Part shown: positions 9,524 through 25,100 of the stretch, piece by piece
Layout: each line of letters opens with the position of its first letter
Position numbering within the stretch: position 1 is the first letter of the stretch
NCBI RefSeq assembly: GCF_024298765.1
Contig: NZ_CP101210.1
Reading direction: 5' to 3' (one strand)
Length of the DNA: 64,000 nt
DNA from: Escherichia coli
GTDB taxonomy: Bacteria > Pseudomonadota > Gammaproteobacteria > Enterobacterales > Enterobacteriaceae
Program-made: the position numbers and the translations under genes
The notes under the pieces: generated by a model
Told to the model about the DNA's origin: nothing
Database searches by the model: none
Seen by the model: only the letters and a program-made list of their open reading frames with translations

Positions 9524-10588
9524 TTAGCGGTGATACTGTTCAGATAACCGATGCACTGCCTCCACAAACACGCCAGCATGTTCTGGCGGCACATCCTGAT
9601 GAATGCCGTGACCAAGGTTAAAGACATGACCTTCACCGTGACCGAAACCTGCAAGTATAGTCGCTACTTCTTCTTCAATGCGGGCTGGCGGCGCGTACAG
9701 CATCGACGGATCCATATTGCCCTGCAACGCGACTTTATTGCCCACGCGACGGCGCGCATCGGCGATGTCCGTTGTCCAGTCGAGGCCCAGCGCATCGCAA
9801 CCGGTTTCTGCCATGGCTTCCAGCCACTGTCCGCCGCCTTTGGTAAACAGCGTGACCGGTACGCGGCGACCGTCGTTTTCACGCAGTAAACCATCAACAA
9901 TTTTATGCATGTAATAAAGCGAGAACTGTTGATAATCGCGCCCGGTAAGCACGCCGCCCCAGGTGTCGAAAATCATCACTGCCTGAGCACCGGCTTTAAT
10001 CTGCGCATTCAGATACAAAGTGACGCTTTTCGCCAGTTTATCGAGTAGCGCGTGCAGCGCCTGCGGATCGGCATACATCATTTTTTTGATCACGGTGAAG
10101 GCTTTGCTGCTGCCGCCTTCCACCATATAGGTCGCCAGCGTCCACGGGCTGCCGGAAAAACCAATCAGCGGCACTTCGCCTTTCAGTTCGCGACGAATGG
10201 TACGCACCGCGTTCATCACGTAACCCAGCTCATCTTCCGGGTCCGGAATTGGCAGTTTATCGACGTCGGCTTTGCAGGTGACTGGCGAGGTAAAACGCGG
10301 ACCTTCTCCGGCTTCAAAATAGAGCCCTAACCCCATCGCGTCCGGCACGGTGAGGATATCGGAAAAGAGGATCGCCGCATCCAGCGGGTAGCGACGCAGC
10401 GGTTGCAAAGTCACTTCGCACGCCAGCTCGGCGTTTTTGCACAGCGACATAAAATCGCCCGCCTGGGCGCGCGTGGCTTTATATTCCGGTAGATAGCGAC
10501 CCGCCTGGCGCATCATCCATACTGGAGTGACATCAACGGGCTGGCGCAGCAGCGCCCGCAGATAACGATCGTTTTTAAGTTCGGTCAT
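9524..10588 (-). CDS. hemE: Uroporphyrinogen decarboxylase
   Basis: 354 aa [36 protein letters not shown]. Confidence 0.97.
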   Translation of the reverse strand: MTELKNDRYLRALLRQPVDVTPVWMMRQAGRYLPEYKATRAQAGDFMSLCKNAELACEVTLQPLRRYPLDAAILFSDILTVPDAMGLGLYFEAGEGPRFTSPVTCKADVDKLPIPDPEDELGYVMNAVRTIRRELKGEVPLIGFSGSPWTLATYMVEGGSSKAFTVIKKMMYADPQALHALLDKLAKSVTLYLNAQIKAGAQAVMIFDTWGGVLTGRDYQQFSLYYMHKIVDGLLRENDGRRVPVTLFTKGGGQWLEAMAETGCDALGLDWTTDIADARRRVGNKVALQGNMDPSMLYAPPARIEEEVATILAGFGHGEGHVFNLGHGIHQDVPPEHAGVFVEAVHRLSEQYHR

Positions 10589-10627
10589 TTTGGCTGTTCC
10601 TTAGTGCGTCAGGCGGTCAGTGTATCA

Positions 10628-11401
10628 TCACTCATACTCTGCCCGACACATCGCCACCGTATCTTCTATCAGACGGCGCGCTACGGTGCCGGGCGGCGGG
10701 AGTAACGGCAAATCGTCATAGCGATACCAGTTCGCCTCGAGCAATTCTTTCGGGTCGATCACGATGTCGCCGCTGTCATATTCCGCCATAAACGCGGTCA
10801 TTAAAGACTGAGGAAACGGCCACGGCTGGGAAGTCACATAACGCAAGTTTTTAACTTTAATTCCGCTCTCTTCCATCACTTCCCGCGCGACCGCCTGCTC
10901 GAGGGTTTCGCCCACTTCGACGAATCCGGCAAGTACCGTATGGACACCGTTGCGATGGCGGGTATGCTGGGCAAGGAGGATCGAATCATCGCGACGGATG
11001 GCAACAATAATGCAGGGGGCGATTTGCGGGTAGTAACGCTCACGGCAATGGCTGCACAGCATCGCCCATTCGGTTTTGCTTGGATACATTTCATGACCGC
11101 AGTAACCACAGTATTTATGCGATCGGTAAAACTCCGCCAGTTGCACGCCACGTCCGGCCAGTTGAAACAGCCCAACATCGAGATCAATGACCTGACGTAC
11201 CGACCCCATATCGTGACGACGCTGCTGTTGTATTAACCAAACAGGTTCCCCCTGCCATTCGCCGATTTGTAGTGCGCGCTGACCCACAAGATCGAAATTT
11301 GCCGCTTCGCCATATGGCAATTCTCCCTTCGGCAACCATAATTTTTGTTCATGGCTGACGACCCACCAGCCGTGATCTAATTTTTCAATTATACGATCCA
11401 T
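10628..11401 (-). CDS. nudC: NADH pyrophosphatase (Nudix hydrolase)
   Basis: 257 aa; Nudix box ([22 protein letters not shown]), zinc-ribbon Cys motifs. Confidence 0.95.
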   Translation of the reverse strand: MDRIIEKLDHGWWVVSHEQKLWLPKGELPYGEAANFDLVGQRALQIGEWQGEPVWLIQQQRRHDMGSVRQVIDLDVGLFQLAGRGVQLAEFYRSHKYCGYCGHEMYPSKTEWAMLCSHCRERYYPQIAPCIIVAIRRDDSILLAQHTRHRNGVHTVLAGFVEVGETLEQAVAREVMEESGIKVKNLRYVTSQPWPFPQSLMTAFMAEYDSGDIVIDPKELLEANWYRYDDLPLLPPPGTVARRLIEDTVAMCRAEYE

Positions 11402-11495
11402 AGCTCTTGCACTACCTTTGCATCACTGGCATGTTTAACATGGTTTTTACATTTCTCACTGAGCAGTTTTTGAATACAAACTTGCGGAGTCAATC

Positions 11496-11972
11496 ATGCT
11501 TAACCAGCTCGATAACCTGACGGAGCGCGTCAGAGGAAGTAACAAACTGGTTGATCGCTGGCTACATGTACGTAAGCATCTGCTCGTGGCTTACTACAAT
11601 CTGGTTGGCATTAAGCCTGGCAAAGAATCGTACATGAGGCTAAACGAAAAAGCCCTTGATGATTTTTGTCAGAGCCTGGTCGATTACTTGTCTGCCGGGC
11701 ATTTCAGTATTTATGAGCGCATTCTTCATAAGCTGGAAGGCAACGGGCAACTCGCGCGCGCCGCGAAGATTTGGCCGCAACTCGAAGCCAATACCCAACA
11801 GATTATGGATTACTACGATTCCAGCCTGGAAACCGCCATCGATCATGATAATTACCTTGAGTTTCAACAGGTTTTATCTGACATCGGCGAGGCGCTGGAA
11901 GCGCGCTTTGTGCTGGAAGATAAGCTGATTCTGCTGGTGCTTGACGCCGCCCGCGTCAAACATCCTGCTTGA
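11496..11972 (+). CDS. rsd: Regulator of sigma D (anti-sigma70 factor)
   Basis: 158 aa MLNQLDNLTERVRGSNKLVDRWLHVRKHLLVAYYNLVG. Confidence 0.95.
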   Translation: MLNQLDNLTERVRGSNKLVDRWLHVRKHLLVAYYNLVGIKPGKESYMRLNEKALDDFCQSLVDYLSAGHFSIYERILHKLEGNGQLARAAKIWPQLEANTQQIMDYYDSSLETAIDHDNYLEFQQVLSDIGEALEARFVLEDKLILLVLDAARVKHPA

Positions 11973-12009
11973 GTTCTGCGCTGTTAACGCGTAATTTACA
12001 TTCAACGCC

Positions 12010-14099
<2,090 letters not shown>

Positions 14100-14100
<1 letters not shown>

Positions 14101-14735
14101 TGTATCAGCCTGATTTTCCTCCTGTACCTTTTCGTTTAGGACTGTACCCGGTGGTGGACAGCGTACAGTGGATCGAACGTCTGTTGGATGCAGGCGTGCG
14201 TACTCTCCAGCTACGCATCAAAGATCGGCGCGATGAAGAGGTGGAAGCCGATGTCGTGGCGGCAATTGCGCTGGGCCGCCGCTATAACGCGCGATTGTTT
14301 ATCAACGATTACTGGCGGCTGGCGATCAAGCATCAGGCATATGGCGTCCATCTGGGGCAGGAAGATTTGCAAGCCACCGATCTCAGCGCCATCCGCGCGG
14401 CTGGTCTGCGGCTGGGCGTTTCGACACATGATGATATGGAAATCGACGTCGCGCTGGCAGCACGTCCTTCTTATATCGCGCTGGGACATGTGTTCCCGAC
14501 GCAAACCAAACAGATGCCTTCTGCACCGCAGGGGCTGGAACAGCTGGCACGGCATGTTGAGCGCCTGGCGGATTATCCCACCGTGGCGATTGGCGGTATC
14601 AGTCTGCCGCGCGCGCCAGCGGTAATGGCGACGGGTGTCGGCAGTATCGCCGTTGTCAGCGCCATTACTCAAGCCGCAGACTGGCGTTTGGCAACGGCAC
14701 AGTTGCTGGAAATTGCAGGAGTTGGCGATGAATGA
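14100..14735 (+). CDS. thiE: Thiamine-phosphate synthase
   Basis: 211 aa from the ATG overlapping the thiC stop (track ORF starts one codon earlier at GTG). Confidence 0.93.
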
Positions 14736-15483
14736 CCGTGACTTTATGCGTTATAGCCGCCAAATCCTGCTCGACGATATCGCTCTTGACGGGCAGCAAA
14801 AACTGCTCGACAGCCAGGTGCTGATTATCGGTCTTGGCGGGCTGGGTACACCTGCTGCGCTATACCTGGCGGGCGCTGGCGTCGGGACGCTGGTACTGGC
14901 AGATGACGACGATGTGCATTTAAGCAATCTGCAACGACAAATCCTCTTTACCACTGAAGATATCGATCGCCCGAAATCGCAGGTCAGCCATCAGCGACTG
15001 ACACAGTTGAATCCCGATATTCAACTGACAGCATTACAACAACGGTTAACGGGTGAGGCGTTAAAAGATGCGGTTGCACAAGCCGATGTGGTGCTCGACT
15101 GTACCGACAATATGGCGACTCGCCAGGAGATTAATGCCGCCTGCGTGGCACTCAACACACCGCTTATCACCGCCAGCGCGGTCGGATTTGGCGGTCAGTT
15201 GATGGTACTGACGCCGCCCTGGGAGCAGGGGTGTTACCGCTGCCTGTGGCCAGATAACCAGGAGCCAGAACGCAACTGCCGCACGGCGGGCGTGGTTGGC
15301 CCGGTGGTCGGGGTTATGGGCACTTTGCAGGCACTGGAAGCCATTAAGTTATTAAGCGGTATAGAGACGCCTGCGGGAGAACTCCGACTGTTCGACGGTA
15401 AGTCTAGCCAGTGGCGCAGCCTGGCGTTGCGCCGCGCCAGTGGTTGCCCGGTATGCGGAGGAAGCAATGCAGATCCTGTTTAA
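14728..15483 (+). CDS. thiF: ThiS adenylyltransferase (E1-like)
   Basis: 251 aa from [15 protein letters not shown]; Rossmann GLGGLG motif; CxxC pair; track ORF extended upstream. Confidence 0.93.
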
Positions 15484-15667
15484 CGATCAACCGATGCAGT
15501 GCGCCGCCGGGCAAACTGTTCACGAACTACTGGAGCAACTCGACCAACGACAAGCGGGCGCGGCTCTGGCGATTAATCAGCAAATCGTCCCGCGTGATCA
15601 ATGGGCGCAACATATCGTGCAGGATGGCGACCAGATCCTGCTTTTTCAGGTTATTGCAGGGGGTTGA
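15467..15667 (+). CDS. thiS: Sulfur carrier protein ThiS
   Basis: 66 aa [12 protein letters not shown]...ending GG; overlaps thiF 3' end by 17 bp. Confidence 0.93.
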
Positions 15668-15668
15668 G

Positions 15669-16439
15669 ATGTTACGTATTGCGGACAAAACGTTTGATTC
15701 ACATCTGTTTACCGGCACCGGGAAATTCGCTTCTTCACAACTGATGGTGGAGGCGATCCGCGCTTCCGGCAGCCAGCTGGTGACGCTGGCGATGAAACGT
15801 GTCGACTTGCGCCAGCACAACGACGCTATCCTCGAACCGCTTATCGCGGCGGGTGTGACCCTGCTGCCGAATACTTCCGGGGCGAAAACAGCGGAAGAAG
15901 CCATTTTCGCCGCCCATCTGGCACGTGAAGCATTAGGCACAAACTGGCTAAAATTAGAGATTCACCCTGACGCCCGCTGGCTGTTGCCCGATCCCATCGA
16001 AACCCTGAAAGCCGCCGAAACGCTGGTACAACAGGGATTTGTCGTGCTGCCTTACTGCGGGGCCGATCCGGTATTGTGTAAACGTCTGGAAGAAGTCGGC
16101 TGTGCAGCGGTGATGCCGCTCGGCGCGCCGATTGGCTCGAATCAGGGACTGGAAACCCGCGCCATGCTGGAGATTATTATCCAGCAGGCCACGGTTCCGG
16201 TGGTTGTCGATGCTGGCATCGGCGTTCCCAGCCATGCCGCGCAGGCGCTGGAAATGGGGGCCGACGCGGTGTTAGTGAATACGGCGATTGCCGTCGCGGA
16301 CGATCCCGTCAACATGGCGAAGGCATTTCGTCTGGCAGTAGAAGCAGGCCTGCTGGCACGGCAGTCCGGACCGGGCAGCCGCAGTCATTTTGCTCATGCC
16401 ACCAGCCCGCTGACCGGATTTCTGGAGGCATCGGCATGA
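15669..16439 (+). CDS. thiG: Thiazole synthase
   Basis: 256 aa from [20 protein letters not shown]. Confidence 0.95.
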
Positions 16440-17569
16440 AAACCTTCAGCGATCGCTGGCGACAACTGGACTGGGACAACATCCGCCTGCGTATCAACGG
16501 CAAAACGGCTGCTGACGTAGAGCGGGCGCTAAATGTCTCGCAACTCACCCGCGACGATATGATGGCGCTGTTATCGCCAGCCGCCAGTGGCTATCTGGAA
16601 CCACTGGCCCAACGGGCGCAGCGTCTGACCCGTCAGCGATTTGGCAACGTCGTCAGCTTCTACGTCCCGCTTTATCTTTCCAATCTTTGCGCTAACGACT
16701 GCACGTACTGCGGATTCTCTATGAGCAACCGCATCAAGCGCAAAACGCTGGATGAAGCGGATATTGCCAGGGAAAGCGCCGCTATACGGGAGATGGGCTT
16801 TGAACATCTGCTTTTAGTCACTGGTGAACATCAGGCGAAAGTGGGGATGGATTACTTTCGTCGTCATCTCCCTGCCCTGCGTGAACAGTTCTCTTCACTA
16901 CAGATGGAAGTACAGCCGCTGGCGGAGACGGAATACGCCGAGTTAAAGCAACTTGGTCTGGATGGCGTGATGGTTTATCAGGAGACATATCACGAGGCGA
17001 CTTATGCCCGCCATCATCTGAAAGGCAAAAAACAGGACTTCTTCTGGCGGCTGGAAACGCCGGATCGGCTGGGCCGTGCGGGGATTGATAAGATAGGCCT
17101 CGGCGCGCTAATTGGCCTTTCCGACAGCTGGCGCGTTGACTGCTATATGGTTGCAGAACATTTGCTATGGCTGCAACAGCATTACTGGCAAAGCCGCTAC
17201 TCTATCTCCTTCCCACGCCTGCGTCCATGTACTGGCGGCATTGAGCCTGCGTCGATTATGGATGAACGCCAGTTAGTGCAAACCATCTGCGCCTTCCGGC
17301 TGCTTGCACCGGAGATTGAACTGTCACTCTCCACGCGGGAATCACCGTGGTTTCGCGATCGCGTTATTCCGCTGGCAATTAATAACGTCAGCGCTTTTTC
17401 GAAAACGCAGCCAGGTGGCTATGCCGACAATCACCCCGAGCTGGAACAGTTCTCACCGCACGACGATCGCAGACCGGAAGCGGTTGCTGCCGCGTTAACT
17501 GCTCAGGGTTTGCAGCCGGTATGGAAAGACTGGGACAGCTATCTGGGACGCGCCTCGCAAAGGCCATGA
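16436..17569 (+). CDS. thiH: 2-iminoacetate synthase (radical SAM tyrosine lyase)
   Basis: 377 aa; radical [11 protein letters not shown] motif. Confidence 0.95.
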
Positions 17570-17761
17570 GACAGAATGTAAGAACGTAAATTTATTCCGA
17601 GCCGCTACGGAAGATGAAAAACGCAAGGTTGTTGAAAGCGTTGTGTTTTTTTATGGTAGTCCCGTCAGCAGGAATGTTGTCCAGGGCGAAAAGCTTCTTC
17701 CTCGTTTCGCCCTGCCTTTCTTAAAAATTCCGTGAAGAATTGCCCTCTGAATAACACCCAT

Positions 17762-17790
17762 AAAAAAACCCGCCGAAGCGGGTTTTTACG
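17762..17790 (-). terminator. Intrinsic terminator downstream of rpoC (bidirectional geometry)
   Basis: Minus strand reads aaaaacccgcTTCGgcgggttttttt: GC stem, UUCG tetraloop, U-run; A-run on the other side. Confidence 0.8.
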
Positions 17791-17808
17791 TTATTTGCGG
17801 ATTAACGA

Positions 17809-20800
17809 TTACTCGTTATCAGAACCGCCCAGACCTGCGTTCAGCAGTTCTGCCAGGCTGGCAGATGCGTCTTCTGCAGTCACCTGCGGTGCAGCCGGAG
17901 CTTCACCCGCAGCACGGCGACGCATACGATCCTGGTGGTACGCGTAACCGGTACCTGCCGGGATCAGACGACCCACGATAACGTTCTCTTTCAGGCCGCG
18001 CAGTTCGTCGCGTTTGCCCGCAACGGCTGCTTCGGTCAGCACGCGAGTGGTCTCCTGGAACGATGCCGCGGAGATGAAGGACTCGGTTGCCAGAGACGCT
18101 TTGGTGATACCCAGCAGATCGCGGGAGTAAGTTGCACCCACTTTGCCGTTCGCTTCCAGTTCGCGGTTTGCGATCTTGACGCGAGAGTATTCAACCTGTT
18201 CACCTTCCAGGAAGTCGGAGCTGCCCGCGTTAACGATGGTAGCTTTACGCAGCATCTGACGAACGATAACTTCGATGTGTTTATCGTTAATCTTAACGCC
18301 CTGCAGACGGTATACGTCCTGTACTTCGTTAACGATGTAACGAGTAACAGCATGAACACCACGCAGACGCAGAATGTCGTGCGGCGCTTCCGGACCGTCG
18401 GAAATTACGTCACCACGTTCTACACGTTCACCTTCGAACACGTTGAGCTGACGCCATTTTGGAATCATCTCTTCGTACGGATCGCTACCGTCTACCGGGG
18501 TGATAACCAGACGACGTTTACCTTTGGTTTCTTTACCGAAGGAAACGATACCGCTGATTTCAGCCAGGATTGCCGGCTCTTTCGGACGACGTGCTTCGAA
18601 CAGATCCGCAACGCGCGGCAGACCACCGGTGATGTCCTTGGTACCGCCGGATTCCTGCGGAATACGCGCCAGGGTGTCACCAGAGCTGATCTGTACGCCA
18701 TCTTCCAGCTGAACAATCGCTTTACCCGGCAGGAAGTACTGCGCAGGCATATCGGTACCCGGGATCAGTACATCGTTACCCTGAGCATCAACGATTTTCA
18801 GTGCCGGACGCAGATCTTTACCACCTGCGGTACGTTCTGCGGAATCCAGAACCACCAGCGAAGACAGACCGGTCAATTCGTCGGTCTGACGCGTAATGGT
18901 CTGACCGTCGATCATGTCAGTAAAGCGTACAAAACCGCTTACTTCGGTGATAACCGGCATGGTGTGCGGGTCCCAGTTTGCAACGGTTTCGCCGCCAGCA
19001 ACCTGTTCGCCATCGCCTTTTGCCAGTACCGCACCGTAAGGTACTTTGTAGCTTTCTTTGGTACGACCGAATTCGTCGATCAGTTTCAGTTCGGTGTTAC
19101 GGGAAGTGATAACCAGTTTACCGCTGGAGTTCACAACCGACTTCACGTTGCTGAGCTTGATGCTACCTTTGTTTTTCACCTGGATGCTGGATTCAGCAGC
19201 CGCACGAGATGCCGCACCACCGATGTGGAACGTACGCATGGTCAGCTGTGTACCCGGTTCACCGATGGACTGTGCCGCGATAACACCGATTGCTTCACCT
19301 TTGTTGATGATGTGGCCACGCGCCAGGTCACGACCGTAGCAGTGCGCACATACACCAAAGTCGGTGTCACAAGATACAACAGAACGTACTTTAACCGCGT
19401 CGACAGAGTTCTCTTCCAGCAGGTCACACCACTGTTCGTGCAGCAGCGTGTTGCGCGGAACGAGGATATCAGCAGTACCCGGCTTCAGAACGTCTTCAGC
19501 AGTTACACGACCCAGTACGCGATCGCGCAGCGGCTCTTTAACGTCACCACCTTCGATAACCGGAGTCATCATGATACCTTCATGAGTACCACAATCGTCT
19601 TCGGTAACCACTAGGTCCTGCGCCACGTCAACCAGACGACGAGTCAGGTAACCGGAGTTCGCCGTTTTCAGTGCGGTATCCGCCAGACCTTTACGAGCAC
19701 CGTGGGTGGAGATGAAGTACTGGAGTACGTTCAGACCTTCACGGAAGTTCGCGGTGATTGGCGTTTCGATGATGGAGCCATCCGGCTTCGCCATCAGACC
19801 ACGCATACCAGCAAGCTGACGAATCTGTGCCGCAGAACCACGCGCACCGGAGTCGGCCATCATGTAGATGCTGTTGAAGGAAACCTGCTTCTCTTCCTGA
19901 CCGTCACGGTTAATAACGGTTTCAGTTTGCAGGTTATCCATCATCGCTTTGGATACACGATCGTTCGCCGCAGCCCAGATATCGATAACTTTGTTGTAGC
20001 GTTCGCCCGCAGTTACCAGACCAGACTGGAACTGCTCCTGAATTTCAGCAACTTCTGCTTCTGCCTCGGAGATGATTTCGTGTTTCTTCTCCGGGATGAC
20101 CATGTCATCGATACCAACAGATGCACCAGAACGCGCTGCATATGCAAAGCCGGTGTACATGATCTGGTCCGCAAAAATAACGGTCGGTTTCAGACCGAGA
20201 ATGCGGTAGCAGGTGTTCAGCATTTTGGAGATTGCTTTTTTACCCAGCGCCTGGTTGACGATGGAGTAAGGCAGACCTTTCGGTACAATCATCCACAGAA
20301 TGGCACGGCCAACAGTCGTGTCTTTCAGGCTGGTTTTCGCTACTAATTCACCGTTAGCATCTTTTTCATACTCGGTGATACGCACTTTAACGCGCGCATG
20401 CAGAGAGGCCAGACCAGAGCGATACAGACGTTCTGCTTCTTTCGGGCCAGTCAGCACCATGCCTTCGCCTTTGGCGTTAACACAGTCACGGGTCATGTAG
20501 TACAGACCCAGTACAACGTCCTGAGACGGAACGATGATTGGTTCGCCGTTCGCCGGGGACAGGATGTTGTTGGTAGACATCATCAGCGCACGCGCTTCCA
20601 GCTGGGCTTCCAGCGTCAGCGGTACGTGAACTGCCATCTGGTCACCATCGAAGTCGGCGTTATATGCCGCACAAACCAGCGGGTGCAGCTGGATAGCTTT
20701 ACCTTCGATCAGTACCGGTTCAAATGCCTGGATACCCAGACGGTGCAGAGTCGGTGCACGGTTCAGCAGTACCGGGTGTTCGCGGATAACTTCGTCCAGG

Positions 20801-22032
20801 ATATCCCAAACGACAGCTTCTTCGCGCTCAACCATTTTCTTCGCAGCTTTAATGGTGGTAGCAAGACCACGCAGTTCCAGCTTGCCGTAGATGAACGGTT
20901 TGAACAGCTCCAGCGCCATTTTCTTCGGCAGACCGCACTGATGCAGACGCAGGTATGGACCTACGGTGATTACAGAACGACCGGAGTAGTCAACACGCTT
21001 ACCGAGCAGGTTCTGACGGAAACGACCCTGTTTACCTTTGATCATGTCGGCCAAAGATTTCAGAGGACGCTTGTTAGAACCGGTGATCGCACGACCGCGA
21101 CGACCGTTATCCAGCAGGGCGTCTACCGCTTCCTGCAGCATACGTTTTTCGTTACGTACGATGATGTCCGGCGCAGCCAGATCCAGCAGACGTTTCAGAC
21201 GGTTGTTACGGTTAATGACGCGACGATACAGATCGTTCAGGTCAGAAGTCGCGAAACGACCACCATCCAGCGGAACCAGCGGACGCAGATCTGGCGGCAG
21301 TACCGGCAGAACGGTCAGGATCATCCACTCTGGTTTGTTACCAGACTGAACGAACGCTTCCAGCAGTTTGATACGCTTGGTCAGCTTTTTACGCTTGGTT
21401 TCGGAGTTGGTTTCGTTCAGCTCTTCACGCAGCTGTTCGCACTCTTGCTCCAGATCCATGCTCTTCAGCAGGGCCTGGATTGCTTCCGCACCCATTTTCG
21501 CGTCGAATTCGTCACCGAACTCTTCCAGCGCGTCCAGATACTGCTCTTCAGTCAGGATCTGCTGGCGTTCCAGGTTGGTCATACCGCCTTCAATAACCAC
21601 ATAGGATTCGAAGTACAGTACGCGTTCGATATCGCGCAGCGGCATATCGAGCAGCAGGCCGATACGGGACGGCAGCGATTTCAGGAACCAGATGTGCGCA
21701 GTCGGGGAAGCCAGTTCGATGTGGCCCATACGCTCACGGCGTACTTTAGTCTGGGTCACTTCAACGCCGCACTTCTCACAGATGACACCACGGTGTTTCA
21801 GGCGCTTGTACTTACCGCACAGGCACTCGTAATCTTTTACCGGCCCAAAGATACGGGCGCAGAAAAGGCCGTCACGTTCTGGTTTGAACGTACGGTAGTT
21901 GATGGTTTCCGGCTTTTTAACTTCACCGAAAGACCATGAACGGATCATGTCTGGCGAAGCCAGAGCAATTTTGATCGCATCAAACTCTTCGGTTTTAGTC
22001 TGCGCTTTCAGAAACTTTAATAAATCTTTCAC
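17809..22032 (-). CDS. rpoC: DNA-directed RNA polymerase beta' subunit
   Basis: 1407 aa [64 protein letters not shown]. Confidence 0.99.
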
Positions 22033-22108
22033 GGATTTGCTCCCGTCGGAGTTAGCACAATCCGCTGCCGGGTTTTACCCCGACAGCAGTGACCTGTTTG
22101 AGCGAGAA

Positions 22109-25100
22109 TTACTCGTCTTCCAGTTCGATGTTGATACCCAGCGAACGAATCTCTTTCAACAATACGTTGAAGGATTCTGGCATGCCCGGCTCCATCTGAT
22201 GGTTGCCGTCCACGATGTTTTTATACATCTTAGTACGACCGTTCACGTCATCAGACTTAACGGTGAGCATTTCCTGCAGGGTGTATGCTGCGCCGTATGC
22301 TTCCAGCGCCCACACTTCCATCTCCCCGAAACGCTGACCACCGAACTGTGCCTTACCACCCAGCGGCTGCTGAGTAACCAGGCTGTAAGAACCGGTGGAA
22401 CGCGCGTGCATCTTGTCGTCGACCAGGTGGTTCAGTTTCAGCATGTACATGTAACCAACGGTTACCGGACGCTCGAACTGTTCACCAGTGCGGCCGTCGT
22501 ACAGGCGGATCTGACCAGAAGTCGGCAGGTCGCCAAGTTTCAGCAGCTCTTTAATTTCTGCTTCTTTCGCACCGTCGAACACCGGCGTTGCGATTGGCAT
22601 ACCTTTGCGCAGGTTTTCAGCCAGACGCATAACTTCTTCATCGCTGAAGGTACTCAGGTCAACTTTCTGACGAACGTCAGCGCCCAGATCGTACGCACGC
22701 TGGATGAATTCGCGCAGTTTCGCGACTTCTTGCTGCTGTTTCAGCATGGCGTTGATCTTGTCGCCGATACCTTTCGCAGCCATACCCAGGTGGGTTTCGA
22801 GGATCTGACCGATGTTCATACGAGACGGTACGCCCAGCGGGTTCAGTACGATGTCTACCGGCGTACCGTTTTCATCGTAAGGCATATCTTCGATCGGGTT
22901 GATCTTAGAAATTACACCCTTGTTACCATGACGACCTGCCATCTTGTCACCAGGCTGGATACGGCGTTTAACCGCCAGATATACCTTAACAATCTTCAGC
23001 ACGCCCGGTGCCAGATCGTCGCCCTGGGTGATTTTGCGGCGTTTCGCTTCGAGTTTCTTCTCGAACTCGTGTTTCAGTTCGTCATACTGCTCAGCCAGCT
23101 GTTCCAGCTGATTTTGTTTCTCTTCGTCGGTCAGGCCCAGCTCCAGCCAGCGATCGCGCGGCAGTTTGTCGAGCTTCTCAGCTTCAACGCCACCGGCTAC
23201 CAGCACAGCACGGATACGGCTGAACAGACCCGCTTCGAGGATCTGCAGTTCTTCAGACAGGTCTTTCTTCGCCTGTTTGAGCTGCATTTCTTCGATTTCC
23301 AGCGCACGTTTGTCTTTTTCTACGCCATCGCGAGTAAAGACCTGAACGTCGATAACCGTACCGGATACACCGTTTGGTACGCGCAGAGAAGAGTCTTTAA
23401 CGTCAGACGCTTTCTCACCGAAGATCGCACGCAGCAATTTTTCTTCTGGGGTCAGCTGAGTTTCACCTTTCGGCGTAACCTTACCAACCAGAATGTCGCC
23501 ACCGGTCACTTCCGCACCAATGTAAACGATACCGGATTCATCCAGTTTGGAGAGCGCAGCTTCACCCACGTTCGGGATGTCAGCGGTGATCTCTTCTGGC
23601 CCCAGCTTGGTGTCACGGGACACACACGCCAGTTCCTGAATGTGGATGGTGGTGAAACGGTCTTCCTGAACAACACGCTCGGATACGAGGATGGAGTCTT
23701 CGAAGTTGTAACCATTCCACGGCATGAACGCTACGCGCATGTTCTGACCAAGCGCCAGTTCACCGAGGTCGGTGGACGGACCGTCTGCCAGCACGTCGCC
23801 ACGTTCAACCGGTTCACCCAGAGACACACACGGCATCTGGTTGATACAGGTGTTCTGGTTAGAACGGGTGTATTTGGTCAGGTTGTAGATGTCGATACCT
23901 GCTTCACCCGGATACATCTCGTCTTCGTTAACTTTGATAACGATACGGGAAGCATCCACGTACTGAACGACACCACCACGTTTAGCAACCGCCGTTACAC
24001 CGGAGTCAACGGCAACAGCACGTTCCATACCAGTACCAACCAGCGGCTTATCAGCACGCAGAGTCGGAACGGCCTGACGTTGCATGTTCGCACCCATCAA
24101 TGCACGGTTGGCGTCATCGTGTTCCAGGAACGGGATCAGGGACGCACCGACGGATACCACCTGCTGGGTGGATACGTCCATGTAGTCAACCTGGTCACGG
24201 CTGAACAAGCTGGATTCGCCTTTGCTACGGCAAGTTACCAGGTCTTCTACGAAGTGGCCTTCTTCATCCAGGTTGGAGTTCGCCTGGGCGATAACGTAGT
24301 TGCCTTCTTCGATAGCAGACAGGTAGTGAATTTCGTCAGTTACAACACCGTCGGTCACTTTACGATACGGAGTCTCAAGGAAGCCGTATTCGTTAGTCTG
24401 TGCGTACACGGACAGAGAGTTGATCAGACCGATGTTCGGACCTTCAGGGGTTTCGATTGGACATACGCGACCGTAGTGAGTCGGGTGTACGTCTCGAACT
24501 TCGAAGCCTGCACGTTCACGGGTCAGACCACCTGGGCCGAGTGCGGAGATACGACGTTTGTGCGTAATCTCAGACAGCGGGTTGTTCTGGTCCATAAACT
24601 GAGACAGCTGGCTGGAACCGAAGAACTCTTTCACTGCTGCAGAAATCGGCTTGGCGTTGATCATATCCTGAGGCATCAGGGTATCCAGATCGCCCAGAGA
24701 CAGACGCTCTTTCACCGCACGCTCTACACGTACCAGGCCAACGCGGAACTGGTTTTCCGCCATTTCGCCAACGGAACGGATACGACGGTTGCCGAGGTGG
24801 TCTATATCATCGACTTCGCCTTTACCGTTACGGATATCGATGAGCTTTTTCATAACATCAATGATGTCGTCTTTGCTCAGGATACCGGAACCTTCGATTT
24901 CTTCGCGCAGCAGAGAACGGTTGAACTTCATACGACCAACCGCAGACAGGTCATAACGGTCTTCGGAGAAGAACAGATTCTCGAACAGGCTTTCAGCTGC
25001 TTCACGAGTCGGCGGCTCGCCAGGGCGCATCATGCGGTAGATTTCTACCAGTGCGCTCAGACGGTCGTTAGTTGGGTCGACACGTAAGGTTTCAGAGATA

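Noticed and set aside
21899-25087. Very long antisense ORFs opposite rpoB and rpoC (for example 1062 aa on the plus strand at 21899..25087; also 17935..19614, 20398..21939, 25109..26212) and opposite tufB and rplK/rplA (30344..31453, 27676..28989)
   Set aside because: These lie opposite highly expressed genes with strong codon bias, where stop codons are depleted on the antisense strand. They are low-complexity, have no RBS context, and are fully explained by the sense genes.
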